64,000 bases of DNA from Aquificaceae bacterium. GTDB lineage: Bacteria; Aquificota; Aquificia; Aquificales; Aquificaceae. The notes beneath the pieces are model-generated. The model worked only from the letters and a program-made list of their open reading frames with translations. It was not told the DNA's origin and searched no databases. The position numbers and the translations under genes are program-made. How positions within the stretch are numbered: position 1 is the stretch's first letter; every line of letters begins with the position of its first letter. This document shows, in pieces, positions 49,016 to 60,538 of this stretch. Location of the stretch: positions 1-64,000 of the forward strand of contig JAXSMZ010000004.1 of assembly GCA_037924335.1 (NCBI GenBank). The letters run 5' to 3'.

Positions 49016-49704
49016 TGCTTCTAAATAAGCCAAATCACGTTGCTGTTATAATGGATGGCAATGGAAGATGGGCAAAGGAAAGGGGTTTGCCGAGGATATA
49101 CGGGCATTACGAAGGTGTCAAAAGGGCAGAGGAGCTAGTAGAAACCTGCATAGAGATGGGGATCATGTATCTTACACTTTTTACCTTTTCGACAGAGAAT
49201 TGGAAAAGACCAAAAGAGGAGATATCCGCCCTCTTTGACCTCTTCGAATCCTACTTAATAAAGAAGGGGGATGAGCTTATAAAAAAAGGTATAAGTGTAA
49301 AGTTCATAGGCAGAAGGGACAGATTGCCAGAGAGCTTATCCACCCTTATGGGAGATATAGAAAGAAGAAGCAAAGATTGTAATAGTATAACTGTAAGCCT
49401 TGCCCTCGATTACGGTGGAAGGGATGATATACTAAGAGCTATAAATAAGGCTATAAAAATGGGTCTGGGTAGAGTTGATGAGAGAGCTTTCTCCAATCTT
49501 CTTGACCTAAGCGGTATACCTGATCCAGACCTTTTGATAAGAACAGCTGGAGAGAGAAGACTTTCTAACTTTCTTCTTTGGAACTTAGCTTATTCAGAAC
49601 TTTACTTTACAGAAACTTACTGGCCGGACTTTGATAAAAAAGAGTTTTTGAAGGCCTTAGAAGATTACTCAAGAAGGATAAGGAAGTTTGGAGCGGTTTT
49701 ATAG
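49012..49704 (+). CDS. uppS: Undecaprenyl diphosphate synthase
   Basis: IMDGNGRWA, FSTENW, DLLIRT.GE.RLSNFL. Confidence 0.97.
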   Translation: MMLLNKPNHVAVIMDGNGRWAKERGLPRIYGHYEGVKRAEELVETCIEMGIMYLTLFTFSTENWKRPKEEISALFDLFESYLIKKGDELIKKGISVKFIGRRDRLPESLSTLMGDIERRSKDCNSITVSLALDYGGRDDILRAINKAIKMGLGRVDERAFSNLLDLSGIPDPDLLIRTAGERRLSNFLLWNLAYSELYFTETYWPDFDKKEFLKALEDYSRRIRKFGAVL

Positions 49705-50413
49705 AAGTAGAGAATTCATAGGAGTTTCTGTGGGAGCAGTGTCCATACTCTTAGCTCTATCTCCAAACTACATTTTTTTACTTGCTGTAGCTTTTTTATC
49801 CTTTTTTATAGCCTTTGAACTTTCAAAAGCTCTTGGTTTAGGAAAAATCTTCCTTTTCTCACCAGTCTTTTTTTTACTGAGCTGCTATAACTTGGGAGTA
49901 GGTATCCTCTTTTCTTTGCTCGTATCTTTCATCAAAGGCTACAGGTCATGGAATCTTGATGAACTTTTCAAGAGCTTAACCATCTTCTTATACTCTGGAA
50001 TATTGCCCTACTATATTTACACTGTTAAGTCCTCAAGTGATTATGAATTGGTCAAACTGCTACTTTTTGTATGGAGCGTGGATGTCTTTGCCTATTACAC
50101 AGGGAAAACCTTGGGCAAGACTCCCTTTTCCCCAAAGCTTTCACCAAAGAAGACATGGGAAGGCTTCTTCGGTGGCTTTCTTGCTGGATCGGTTGTTTTT
50201 ATACTGATTTCAGGCATCCCCCTATTTAAATCCATTTTACTTGGAACTTGTCTTGTATTGCTCGCAGTATCTGGAGACCTATTCAAGAGCTTCATAAAAA
50301 GGCAGGTTGGAATAAAAGATTTTTCTGGTGTACTTGGAGAGCATGGAGGCTTCACGGATAGGTTTGACTCTTTGCTTTTTGTTGCACCCGCCTACTCCCT
50401 CTTTTTGAATTGA
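49688..50413 (+). CDS. cdsA: Phosphatidate cytidylyltransferase
   Basis: SPKKTWEG, GDLFKS..KR..GIKD, HGG..DRFDS. Confidence 0.93.
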   Translation: MERFYRSREFIGVSVGAVSILLALSPNYIFLLAVAFLSFFIAFELSKALGLGKIFLFSPVFFLLSCYNLGVGILFSLLVSFIKGYRSWNLDELFKSLTIFLYSGILPYYIYTVKSSSDYELVKLLLFVWSVDVFAYYTGKTLGKTPFSPKLSPKKTWEGFFGGFLAGSVVFILISGIPLFKSILLGTCLVLLAVSGDLFKSFIKRQVGIKDFSGVLGEHGGFTDRFDSLLFVAPAYSLFLN

Positions 50414-50414
50414 A

Positions 50415-50430
50415 GCCCCCGGCAGGGGGC
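50415..50430. terminator. Hairpin between convergent cdsA and groEL
   Basis: GCCCCC-GGCA-GGGGGC. Confidence 0.55.
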
Positions 50431-50436
50431 AGAAGA

Positions 50437-52388
<1,952 letters not shown>

Positions 52389-52422
52389 CTTCTAACCTCC
52401 TTCTTAGGTTTTAGTTATAAAA

Positions 52423-52489
52423 ATTATATTAACATCTGCTACGGTTGTCAAGAGTTTCTTCCCAGAAATTTTAGTTTATTTTACTAAAC
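52423..52489 (-). promoter_or_regulatory. groESL sigma70 promoter with upstream HAIR-like inverted repeat
   Basis: TTGACA(52451-52446)-17 bp-TATAAT(52428-52423); TTTAGT-N7-ACTAAA at 52470-52488. Confidence 0.7.
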
Positions 52490-52560
52490 TTTTCTATATA
52501 AATAAAACATAAATTTAGAAGTATTGTTTACTGAAGTCATAGGCTATAGATTTATTTATC

Positions 52561-53622
52561 ATGAGATTTGCCGTCGGAATGAGTGGTGGTGTAGACAGCA
52601 GCGTAGCAGCGTTGATTTTGAAAGAGGCAGGGCATGAGGTTATTGGCGTAACTCTCAGATTTTACAAAGAGATTTGCGGTGATGAACTGAGAGTTTGTTG
52701 CTCTCCTAAGGATGTGAGAGATGCTGCATACATTTCAGAAAGGCTAGGTATTCCACATATAACCCTTGATTGGGAAAAGCTTTTTCAGAAGAGAGTTGTA
52801 CAGTACTTTGTTGAAGGTTATATGGAAAGTAAGACTCCAAACCCCTGTGCTATATGCAACAGAGATGTAAAAACTGGCTATCTAGCAAGGTATCTCAAAG
52901 AAGTTGCAGATTTAGACAGACTTGCAACTGGACATTACGCAAGAACTACAGAGTACAAAGGGAGAAAACTTATTAAAAGGGCAAAAGACATAAGCAAAGA
53001 CCAGTCCTATTTTCTGGCTCTTATAAAGAGAGAAGACCTTGACCTTCTTGATTTTCCAATAGGCTCTATGAGTAAAGAGGAGGTAAGAAAGATGGCAAGG
53101 CTTCACAAACTCCCAGTTGCAGAAAAGAGGGATTCTCAAGAGGTTTGCTTTCTGATGGGGAAAACACCTGGAGAGTTTATAGAGGCAAGAGAAGGGGTCA
53201 AGGAAGGCTTGATAGTTCATAAAGAGGGTTATATTCTGGGAAAACACAGGGGAACATACCATTTTACTGTGGGACAGAGGAGAGGACTTGGAGTATCCTA
53301 CCATAGACCTTTGTATGTTCTTCAGCTGAAGGGGGATGAGAATAAGGTGATAGTTGGATACGAAGAGGACCTGTACAGGGATACGATCCTCTTAGGAGAT
53401 GTGAACTTTCATCTACCTTTGGAGGAGTGGGGAGATGTTCATGCTGTCGTAAGGTACAGGTCTCAGCCTGTGAGGATAAAAGATGTGCAGAGGATTAAGG
53501 ATCATTACCTTATCAGGCTTGAAAGGCCTATAAAGGACACATCCCCAGGACAAGTGTGCGCTTTCTACGATGGTGATGTTCTCTTAGGTGGTGGTATAAT
53601 AGAATTCGTAGAGGCCCGGTAG
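52561..53622 (+). CDS. mnmA: tRNA 2-thiouridylase
   Basis: MSGGVDS, TPNPC..CN, ATGHY, KDQSYFL, GQRRG, PGQ. Confidence 0.97.
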   Translation: MRFAVGMSGGVDSSVAALILKEAGHEVIGVTLRFYKEICGDELRVCCSPKDVRDAAYISERLGIPHITLDWEKLFQKRVVQYFVEGYMESKTPNPCAICNRDVKTGYLARYLKEVADLDRLATGHYARTTEYKGRKLIKRAKDISKDQSYFLALIKREDLDLLDFPIGSMSKEEVRKMARLHKLPVAEKRDSQEVCFLMGKTPGEFIEAREGVKEGLIVHKEGYILGKHRGTYHFTVGQRRGLGVSYHRPLYVLQLKGDENKVIVGYEEDLYRDTILLGDVNFHLPLEEWGDVHAVVRYRSQPVRIKDVQRIKDHYLIRLERPIKDTSPGQVCAFYDGDVLLGGGIIEFVEAR

Positions 53623-53685
53623 CTCAGTTGGTAGAGCACCCGGCTGAAAACCGGGGTGTCGGCGGTTCGATTCCGCCCTGGGCCA
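53613..53685 (+). tRNA. tRNA-Phe(GAA), CCA not encoded, overlapping mnmA and mnmD
   Basis: GGCCCGG/CTGGGCC acceptor stem, TAGCTCAGTTGGTAGAGC D-arm, CT-GAA-AA loop, GGTTCGATTCC. Confidence 0.95.
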
Positions 53686-54598
53686 TCTTTAGAATTTCAA
53701 CCCTGAGTCTGTAATCTATGAGTATACGAAGGGGTTCTTCTTTTAAGCCCTTGTCTCTGAATGGTATGGCATAAGGAGATGCCTCCAACTTTCTGAGCTC
53801 CTCTTGACTCAAAGAGTCATCAAGGGATAAAGAGGCTACAGTTCCACCCCTTTTCCTTCCGACGCTCTGGGATGAACCGACACCAAATCCCAACAACTTT
53901 AAAGCCTTTCTCACGGGAAGTGAAGAGGTGTAAGATACCCAAAGGCCATCCTTTGCTATCAACCTCCTTATCTCTTTCAAAAAGTCCAAGCTCCATAGCT
54001 CTGGATTTCTGTACGGGGAGAAGGCATCATGGAAAACAGCGTCGGCCAAAAATTTATCTACTTCTTTTATTTCTTCTCTTGCATCACCCAAAAGGAGTTC
54101 AAACCTTATGCCATCTTTTTCAAACTTTGGAATCCCTTCAAGGATAAACTTATGGAATCTTCTGTAGGGTTCATTCAGGAGATGGATTTTATCCAACAGC
54201 TCCTTTTCAAAGGAAACTATATTTATTTCAGTATGAGGGTTTAACTTTCTTATCTCACTTATTGTAACTGCTACGTTATAACCAAGTCCAAAACCAACAT
54301 CAAGGATGAAAAGTTCCCTCTTGCATTTTGATTTTTCCATAAGGTTTGATGGATAGAGGAACTTCAAAAGGCATTCTTTCACAGCGCCAGCCCATAAGCT
54401 GTGATAAGGCTCACCGTACTTAGCACTCAGAAAGGTCAAACTTCCATCCTCCGTCCTTACAAAACCATGTCCGCCGATGGATGGCTCAAGCCAGAGGGAA
54501 ACTTCTCTGAGTATCTCCTTTTCCATCCCTTCGTCTAGAAGTATTCCTCTTTCCTCTCCAATTTTCTTCAGAAGATCTCTAAGAGTATTCCTTAGCAT
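53624..54598 (-). CDS. mnmD: Stand-alone tRNA mnm5s2U34 methyltransferase (MnmC2/DUF752-like)
   Basis: T.DGS.T, EPYHS, LDVGFGLGYN, DAFSP..NPELW. Confidence 0.88.
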   Translation of the reverse strand: MLRNTLRDLLKKIGEERGILLDEGMEKEILREVSLWLEPSIGGHGFVRTEDGSLTFLSAKYGEPYHSLWAGAVKECLLKFLYPSNLMEKSKCKRELFILDVGFGLGYNVAVTISEIRKLNPHTEINIVSFEKELLDKIHLLNEPYRRFHKFILEGIPKFEKDGIRFELLLGDAREEIKEVDKFLADAVFHDAFSPYRNPELWSLDFLKEIRRLIAKDGLWVSYTSSLPVRKALKLLGFGVGSSQSVGRKRGGTVASLSLDDSLSQEELRKLEASPYAIPFRDKGLKEEPLRILIDYRLRVEILKMAQGGIEPPTPRFSAGCSTN

Positions 54599-54730
54599 GG
54601 ATAAACACCCATTTTATGGACATCCGTCCACACCTCAGGTTTAGGGACTGACTGAAAGTATCTGTTCCTCTCAGCCAATCCCAATGCCTTACTCCAAAGA
54701 CACTCATACTGCTCATCAAGCAGGTTTTTG

Positions 54731-54901
54731 GTGACCTCCTCTCCTCTATTGAATAGAGGAGCTTCCCTTTCTCAGGGCATCACTTCCCGTCGGTCCAACG
54801 GTAGGGCATAGATTACTGCTTATGCCAGACAGGTTTATGTATTATTATTTTACCACAATTCATCTCTCCTTTGAAAAGGAGAGCCTTCTTGTGGTAGTTT
54901 T
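54731..54901 (-). mobile_element. 171-bp non-autonomous IS200/IS605-type element, family B
   Basis: Reverse-complement copy of 27626-27795; preceded by TTAC and ends in TCAC on the minus strand. Confidence 0.85.
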
Positions 54902-55001
54902 GTAAACACCAGCCCCACTTAACACGGTTAAGCAGGTTCCTGTTGGCATTCACATCAGCATGGAGTTTTTTGCCACATAGCTTGCACTCAAAACTGTCTC
55001 T
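54902..55001 (-). pseudogene. tnpB: TnpB C-terminal fragment; its 3' region probably continues at about 54600-54730
   Basis: Translates as RDSFECKLCGKKLHADVNANRNL (zinc finger plus RuvC-III ADVNA motif); not in the ORF track. Confidence 0.8.
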
Positions 55002-55300
55002 TGTATTAGAAACTAATCACTGAATATATAGAAGTTTATAGACGCATATAGAAGTTTAGAAACATAAAGACCCCTTGACACTTTTGGTTGTATGGATATG
55101 TTATAAAGAGGATAAAGGAGCTATGTGAGACCGCTGGTGTCCAGCTCTACATAGTTCCTTACACAAGCAGGGCTTGTCCTGAATGTGGATATCAGGACAA
55201 GATGAACCGCGTAGGTGCGCGGTTCACAAGGGAGCTTATAGTCCCCTTGCCTGCTAAACCTCATTCTGTGGAATATTTTTCTATGGGATGAGGAACTATA
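55002..55300 (+). mobile_element. Internally deleted TnpB element, family A
   Basis: Left end TGTATTAGAAACTAATCACTGAA with TATAGAAGTTT direct repeats; residual PYTSRACPECG...NR; 3' end matches 1-90. Confidence 0.8.
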
Positions 55301-55359
55301 AAGGCATGGAATGAGTATTTACAAGCCATTGCTGAAGTCTGTCATCAGGGGAAGCTAAG

Positions 55360-55734
55360 ATGATAATGAACGCTCCAGCTATACTCAATGAAGTACTGCA
55401 TGCACTTAAGAACTTTTACGAGAAAGAAGAAGAGCATATCATATACGTCAACAAGGTACCCATCACGGAGGAAGACAGGATAGCAATACTCGACGCATTG
55501 GGTGAAGGACAGGTAAGAATAAGGTTGGAGTCTAAGACTCAACCAGCAGAGTGGAGAGAAACGGGCATATACGGTGTGTGGATAGGTGTGTTCTTTGATA
55601 GGGATGGAAAGCCCATCTTAGAGACCATCGAGATAACAAGCTTCCCAAGATTGGCTTCATCACAAAAGGAAGATATAGCAGAGTCTATAAAGATATTGGA
55701 AGATAGGATAAGTGTGCTCTTTAGTAAGCCTTAA
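55360..55734 (+). CDS. Hydrogenase expression/formation protein (HupH/HyaF C-terminal-like)
   Basis: NAPAILNE, LGEGQV, ETG..GVW, ETIEIT..P. Confidence 0.8.
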   Translation: MIMNAPAILNEVLHALKNFYEKEEEHIIYVNKVPITEEDRIAILDALGEGQVRIRLESKTQPAEWRETGIYGVWIGVFFDRDGKPILETIEITSFPRLASSQKEDIAESIKILEDRISVLFSKP

Positions 55735-57976
55735 GAGGGTCGTACACAACCTGACCTAAGCAAAGTCCACCATCGTTGGGAGGTATCTTTTGGTGCGTGT
55801 AGACTTTAAAATTTTTTTCTTCTAAGAGCTCCTTTATCTTCTTTACGAGAGGGTCGTTCTGCATAACACCACCAGAAAGACAAACCTTATCCATACCAAC
55901 CCTGGAGGCTATATCTACACACAAAAAGGTTAACGTATTGATAAACCTTGAGGGTACTTTTTCCTTTTTTCTATCCTCTATAATGGCTTCAAAGGTTGGT
56001 CTCCAATCTATGAGTACTCCATCCACAGCGTAGGGGTATGAGTCCCTTACGTATGGGTCGTATAGGTCTTCCAACATCATAGCAGCTTGCCCTTCGTAAG
56101 ACACAGTTTGCTTTATCCCCAATATAGAAGCTACAGCATCGAAAAGCCTACCCACTGAGCTTGAGTAAGGAGAGTTTATGCCCCTGGACCATGCAATGTA
56201 AAGGTTCTTTAGCTCACTCTCTCTAAAGGACCTTAGAAACTCTAAAGGCATGCTCAAAGCCTTCTCATTGTAAAGTTCAAAGAGTATAGATAGAGCAACC
56301 CTTCTTGGCTCTTTCACAGCCTTCTCTCCACCTATAAGCCTGAAAGGCTTAAAGTAAAATACCCTCTCATAGTTTCTGTAATCACATACCAAAAACTCAC
56401 CCCCCCAGAGCGTTCCATCATCGCCATAGCCTGTTCCATCCCAAGCTATACCAAGAACCCTATCCTCTATCCCTCTCTCCGCCATGCACGAAAGCACATG
56501 AGCATAGTGGTGTTGAAGCTTTATAAGTGTTAGTCCCTTTTTTTGGGAGAAGCTTTCCGCCCACCTTGTGGTCTCGTATCTGGGATGAAGGTCGCATACA
56601 ACAAGCTCTGGCTCAAACTCATAAAGATCCATGAGGTCAAAAACCATATCTTCAAAGCTTTTGAGGGTTTCTATATTCTCTATATCTCCCACATGCTGAC
56701 TGAGAATTACATTATCATCAAAGCCTAAAGCGAACGTATTTTTGAGCATACCACCAACTGCTAAAACCCTTCTCTTTAGCTTGAAGGGGAGTCTTATGGG
56801 CAAAGGCACATAACCCCTTGACCTCCTCATAAAAATGGGCACATCCGCCACAACCTTTACAACAGAATCATCACACCTTCTTTTAATATCCCTGTCATGG
56901 ATAAGCACAAGGTCTGCATACTGGGTTAACTTCTCCATAGCCTCCTGGTTATCCTTAACTATGGGCTCATCCGATACGTTTCCAGAGGTGGCTATTAGCG
57001 GAAGGTCAAGATGGTCCAGTATAATGTGATGCAAAGGAGAGTAAGGAAGAAAGGCTCCAACCCTCTTTAGATTGGGCGCAACGGATGGTGAAAGTCCTTC
57101 TTTCTTCTTTATGAGAACTATAGGTCTTTCAGGTGAAAGGAGAAGGGCTTTTTCCATCTCTGTAGGCTCCGCATACTTGCAGACTTGATCAACATCTTTG
57201 AACATAACAGCAAAGGGCTTTTCCTGCCTTCTTTTTCTTACTCTGAGTAGCCTTACAGATTCCTCCCTTGTGGCATCACACATAAGGTGAAAGCCTCCTA
57301 TGCCTTTTACAGCAACTATATTACCTTCTTTGATGGCTTCTATGAGAACCTTTAAACTTTCTTCCCCTTTGGCCAACACCTCTCTGTATCTGTCTACAAG
57401 TGTCAGCGATGGACCACAGGAAGGACACGCTGTAGGTTCTGCATGAAATCTCCTGTCTCTCGGGTCTCTATACTCCCGCTCACACAAAGGACACATCTTA
57501 AAACCTTTCATGGTTGTGTTGGACCTGTCGTAAGGTAGCCCTTCAATTATGGTAAACCTTGGTCCACAGTTGGTACAGTTTATAAAGGGATACATGTATC
57601 GCCTGTCTTTTGGGTCGAGAAGCTCTTTCAAACACCAATGGCATGTAGCTATATCTGGAAGTATCAAAACTTCCTTCTTTCCCCCCTCCTTACTCTTCCT
57701 TATTTCAAAGGTTTCATACCCTATGTCCTCCAAGTATTCCACATCTTGGGAGTATATATGGGACAAAGGAGGTTTTTCTGTGCTAAGTTTTACCAGGAAG
57801 ACCTCTACTGCTTCCTTTTTCCCCTCCACCTCTATCTCAACACCAGAGGAGTTGTTTATAACCCAGCCCTTTAGCCCAAGCTGGGTAGCTATTCTGAAGA
57901 CAAAGGGTCTAAAGCCCACACCTTGGACAGCACCTTTAAGCTTTATCTTCAACCTCACTATTTTAATTCTATGCAC
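55721..57976 (-). CDS. hypF: Carbamoyltransferase HypF
   Basis: VQGVGFRPF, CTNCGPR, RRFHA, KGIGGFHL, QHH.AH, PNDGGL. Confidence 0.98.
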   Translation of the reverse strand: MHRIKIVRLKIKLKGAVQGVGFRPFVFRIATQLGLKGWVINNSSGVEIEVEGKKEAVEVFLVKLSTEKPPLSHIYSQDVEYLEDIGYETFEIRKSKEGGKKEVLILPDIATCHWCLKELLDPKDRRYMYPFINCTNCGPRFTIIEGLPYDRSNTTMKGFKMCPLCEREYRDPRDRRFHAEPTACPSCGPSLTLVDRYREVLAKGEESLKVLIEAIKEGNIVAVKGIGGFHLMCDATREESVRLLRVRKRRQEKPFAVMFKDVDQVCKYAEPTEMEKALLLSPERPIVLIKKKEGLSPSVAPNLKRVGAFLPYSPLHHIILDHLDLPLIATSGNVSDEPIVKDNQEAMEKLTQYADLVLIHDRDIKRRCDDSVVKVVADVPIFMRRSRGYVPLPIRLPFKLKRRVLAVGGMLKNTFALGFDDNVILSQHVGDIENIETLKSFEDMVFDLMDLYEFEPELVVCDLHPRYETTRWAESFSQKKGLTLIKLQHHYAHVLSCMAERGIEDRVLGIAWDGTGYGDDGTLWGGEFLVCDYRNYERVFYFKPFRLIGGEKAVKEPRRVALSILFELYNEKALSMPLEFLRSFRESELKNLYIAWSRGINSPYSSSVGRLFDAVASILGIKQTVSYEGQAAMMLEDLYDPYVRDSYPYAVDGVLIDWRPTFEAIIEDRKKEKVPSRFINTLTFLCVDIASRVGMDKVCLSGGVMQNDPLVKKIKELLEEKNFKVYTHQKIPPNDGGLCLGQVVYDPLKAY

Positions 57977-58017
57977 ATGACTCTAAAGGTCTATTGGATT
58001 TTATAAGTTTTTAAAAA

Positions 58018-58059
58018 ATGATTCTTATCATTTGACATCTTTAATTAATATGTTATATC
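58018..58059 (+). promoter_or_regulatory. ccp promoter with ATGAT-N4-ATCAT site abutting -35
   Basis: ATGATTCTTATCAT (58018-58031) then TTGACA (58032-58037) and TGTTATAT. Confidence 0.55.
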
Positions 58060-58092
58060 CTTCCCTATCAAAAACTTAAGAGGAGGTATAAC

Positions 58093-59148
58093 ATGAAGGA
58101 GCTCCTGCTAACAACCTCTATCTTTTGTGCAAGTGCTTTCGGCTTAGCAGCCTTTGCTCAAAGGATGTCAATGGACATAATAACACCGAAAGAAGTAAGA
58201 CAATACTTTTCTCCCATAACTCAGAAAGTAGCAGACAATCCTGAAAACCCTGTGACTCCTCAAAAGGTGGATTTGGGCAAGATGCTCTTCCATGATCCAA
58301 GACTTTCCAAAACGGGTAATATGAGTTGCAACACCTGTCATAATCTTACCAACTATGGTATTCTAAATATACCTAAAGAGATAGGGAATAAAGGTCAAAT
58401 CGGTATTTATAACATTCCGACAGTTTATAACGTAGCCTTTAACACGGTCATACTCTGGGAAGCTAGATTCAAGAACGTAGAGGAGCAAGCAAACCGTCCT
58501 ATACTTAACCCCATACAGGGAGCTATGCCAAATGGAGAGGCAGTTGTAAAGCTGATAGAATCTATCCCTGGATACAGAGAACTCTTCGCCAAAGCATTTC
58601 CAACTGAGAATAAGCCTATCACGTTTGAAAATGTGAGCAAAGCAATAGCTGCCTTTGAAAGGACGCTTATAACTCCTTCTCGCTTTGATAAATTCTTAGA
58701 AGGAGATGAAAAGGCTTTAACACAAGAGGAGAAAAGAGGCCTGCGCTTATTTGTAGATAAAGGATGCATAGCATGTCACAACGGTATAGGTGTAGGCGGG
58801 GGTATGTTTCAAAAGATGGGTATAGTAAAACCTTATAACTCCACAAGCCCATCTAAGGGAAGGTATGATGTTACCAAAAAGCCAGAAGACATGTACGTTT
58901 TCAAGGTTCCTTCTCTTAGAAATGTCGAAAGAACATATCCTTACTTCCACGATGGTCAAGTCTGGAGTTTGGAAGAGGCTGTAAGGATAATGGCAGATAT
59001 CCAGCTTGGTCTGCAGCTAAAGGATGACGAGGTAAAGGCAATAGTTGCCTTTCTTAGGTCTTTGACGGGAGAGATCCCAATGGATGCTTTGACGCTACCG
59101 GTCCTTCCTGCATCCACAAAGGATACACCAAAACCATCCCTTGACTGA
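58093..59148 (+). CDS. Di-haem cytochrome c peroxidase family protein (divergent)
   Basis: Signal peptide, LGKMLF.DPRLS, CNTCH, CIACH, FKVPSLRN, PYFHDG. Confidence 0.9.
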   Translation: MKELLLTTSIFCASAFGLAAFAQRMSMDIITPKEVRQYFSPITQKVADNPENPVTPQKVDLGKMLFHDPRLSKTGNMSCNTCHNLTNYGILNIPKEIGNKGQIGIYNIPTVYNVAFNTVILWEARFKNVEEQANRPILNPIQGAMPNGEAVVKLIESIPGYRELFAKAFPTENKPITFENVSKAIAAFERTLITPSRFDKFLEGDEKALTQEEKRGLRLFVDKGCIACHNGIGVGGGMFQKMGIVKPYNSTSPSKGRYDVTKKPEDMYVFKVPSLRNVERTYPYFHDGQVWSLEEAVRIMADIQLGLQLKDDEVKAIVAFLRSLTGEIPMDALTLPVLPASTKDTPKPSLD

Positions 59149-59175
59149 TGGAGCCCTGTCGCTTAAAGAAGTAGT

Positions 59176-59526
59176 TTAATCCTCACACTCCATCTCTAAA
59201 CTCTTGAGAAGCAGATCCTCCCCACCTTTTATGCGTGTTTTTAGAGAACCACACACAGGGCAAGCAACGTTCAACTCTTCTTTTTCGCTCTCCACAAGGC
59301 AGTCCTCGCACCAAACTTTTAGCCTTTCCACTTCTATAATAAACTCAGCCTTCTCTGCAATAGTTCCCTCTTTAAAAGTCTCAAAGGCAAACTCTAAAAG
59401 GTGTGGCTCTACACCCGATAAAACCCCAACGATCACAACAACCTTTGTTATCCTCTTGGCACCGTTCTCCCTAGCATACTTCTCTATAAGGGCAATAAGA
59501 CTTTGAACTACTGAAAATTCATGCAT
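59176..59526 (-). CDS. hypA: Hydrogenase nickel chaperone HypA
   Basis: MHE start, LSGVE, two CxxC pairs. Confidence 0.97.
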   Translation of the reverse strand: MHEFSVVQSLIALIEKYARENGAKRITKVVVIVGVLSGVEPHLLEFAFETFKEGTIAEKAEFIIEVERLKVWCEDCLVESEKEELNVACPVCGSLKTRIKGGEDLLLKSLEMECED

Positions 59527-60528
59527 CTAACAGATCCTTGGCAACAGCTCACCCATAGGCGGTTCAAGTATCCTGTGCGTACCATAAGGAGTTTTGAAGA
59601 AAACTTTAGGAATTCCGTCAGAAGGTAGAGCCTCTCCTATTATTGCTGCATCTTTACCGTCAGGATGATTTCTAATAGCGTTTAGAACCTTTTGTCCATT
59701 TTCAGATGGTACTGCCAAAAGAAGCCTCCCTTCACAGGCAAGATGGAAGGGTTCAAGGCCCAAAAGGTCACACAGCCCAACAACTGGTTCTTTGATGGGT
59801 ATGCTTTCCTGATCTATTAAAAAAGATACGTCCGAAGCAAAGGACCACTCGTAAAGGACTGCTGACAGACCTCCCCTAGTTGGGTCTCTCATGGCATGTA
59901 TTGTGGCGCCGGTGTTTATTATACACTCCACAAGGCTCCACAGGCTGTTACAATCGCTCTGGAGCTCCATATCCACGTTTATACCTTCCCTTTGGGCAAG
60001 TATGCATGCACCATGATCTCCTATGCTCCCCGATACTATGACCACATCTCCAGGTCTTACATTCTTACAGGATATCCCATCGTAAACAACTTCTCCTATA
60101 CCCGACGTGTTTATAAAGAGCCCATCCACGCTACCTTTGGGTACAACTTTAGTATCACCTGTCACTATGAGTGCTCCAACTTTTTGGGCCTCATCTCTCA
60201 TACTCTTAACAATAATTTCAAGATCTTCAAGAGAAAAACCCTCTTCTATTATAAAACCTGCAGACAGGTAAAGGGGCTTGGCTCCCATCACAGAAATGTC
60301 ATTGACAGTTCCAGCAACTGCAAGCTTACCTATGTTTCCGCCGTTGAAAAATATGGGCTTCACAGTGAAAGAGTCCGTTGTAAAAGCCAGCTTGGAATTT
60401 ATCTCCAATATGGCTGAGTCTTCAAGTTTACTCAGTTTTTCATTGTAGAAATACTTTATAAATACATCCTTTATTAATCTCCAAGTTTCCTCTCCACCAC
60501 CACCGGACGAAAGAAGAACTTTTCTCAT
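59527..60528 (-). CDS. hypE: Carbamoyl dehydratase HypE
   Basis: FTTDS, GTVND, GDTKVV, RDPTRGG, C-terminal PRIC; start set at MRKVLL. Confidence 0.97.
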   Translation of the reverse strand: MRKVLLSSGGGGEETWRLIKDVFIKYFYNEKLSKLEDSAILEINSKLAFTTDSFTVKPIFFNGGNIGKLAVAGTVNDISVMGAKPLYLSAGFIIEEGFSLEDLEIIVKSMRDEAQKVGALIVTGDTKVVPKGSVDGLFINTSGIGEVVYDGISCKNVRPGDVVIVSGSIGDHGACILAQREGINVDMELQSDCNSLWSLVECIINTGATIHAMRDPTRGGLSAVLYEWSFASDVSFLIDQESIPIKEPVVGLCDLLGLEPFHLACEGRLLLAVPSENGQKVLNAIRNHPDGKDAAIIGEALPSDGIPKVFFKTPYGTHRILEPPMGELLPRIC

Positions 60529-60538
60529 CCATATCCTC

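Noticed and set aside
53613..55300. Integrative element using tRNA-Phe as attachment site
   Set aside because: There is no integrase and no duplicated tRNA 3' end; the neighbouring genes are core genes.
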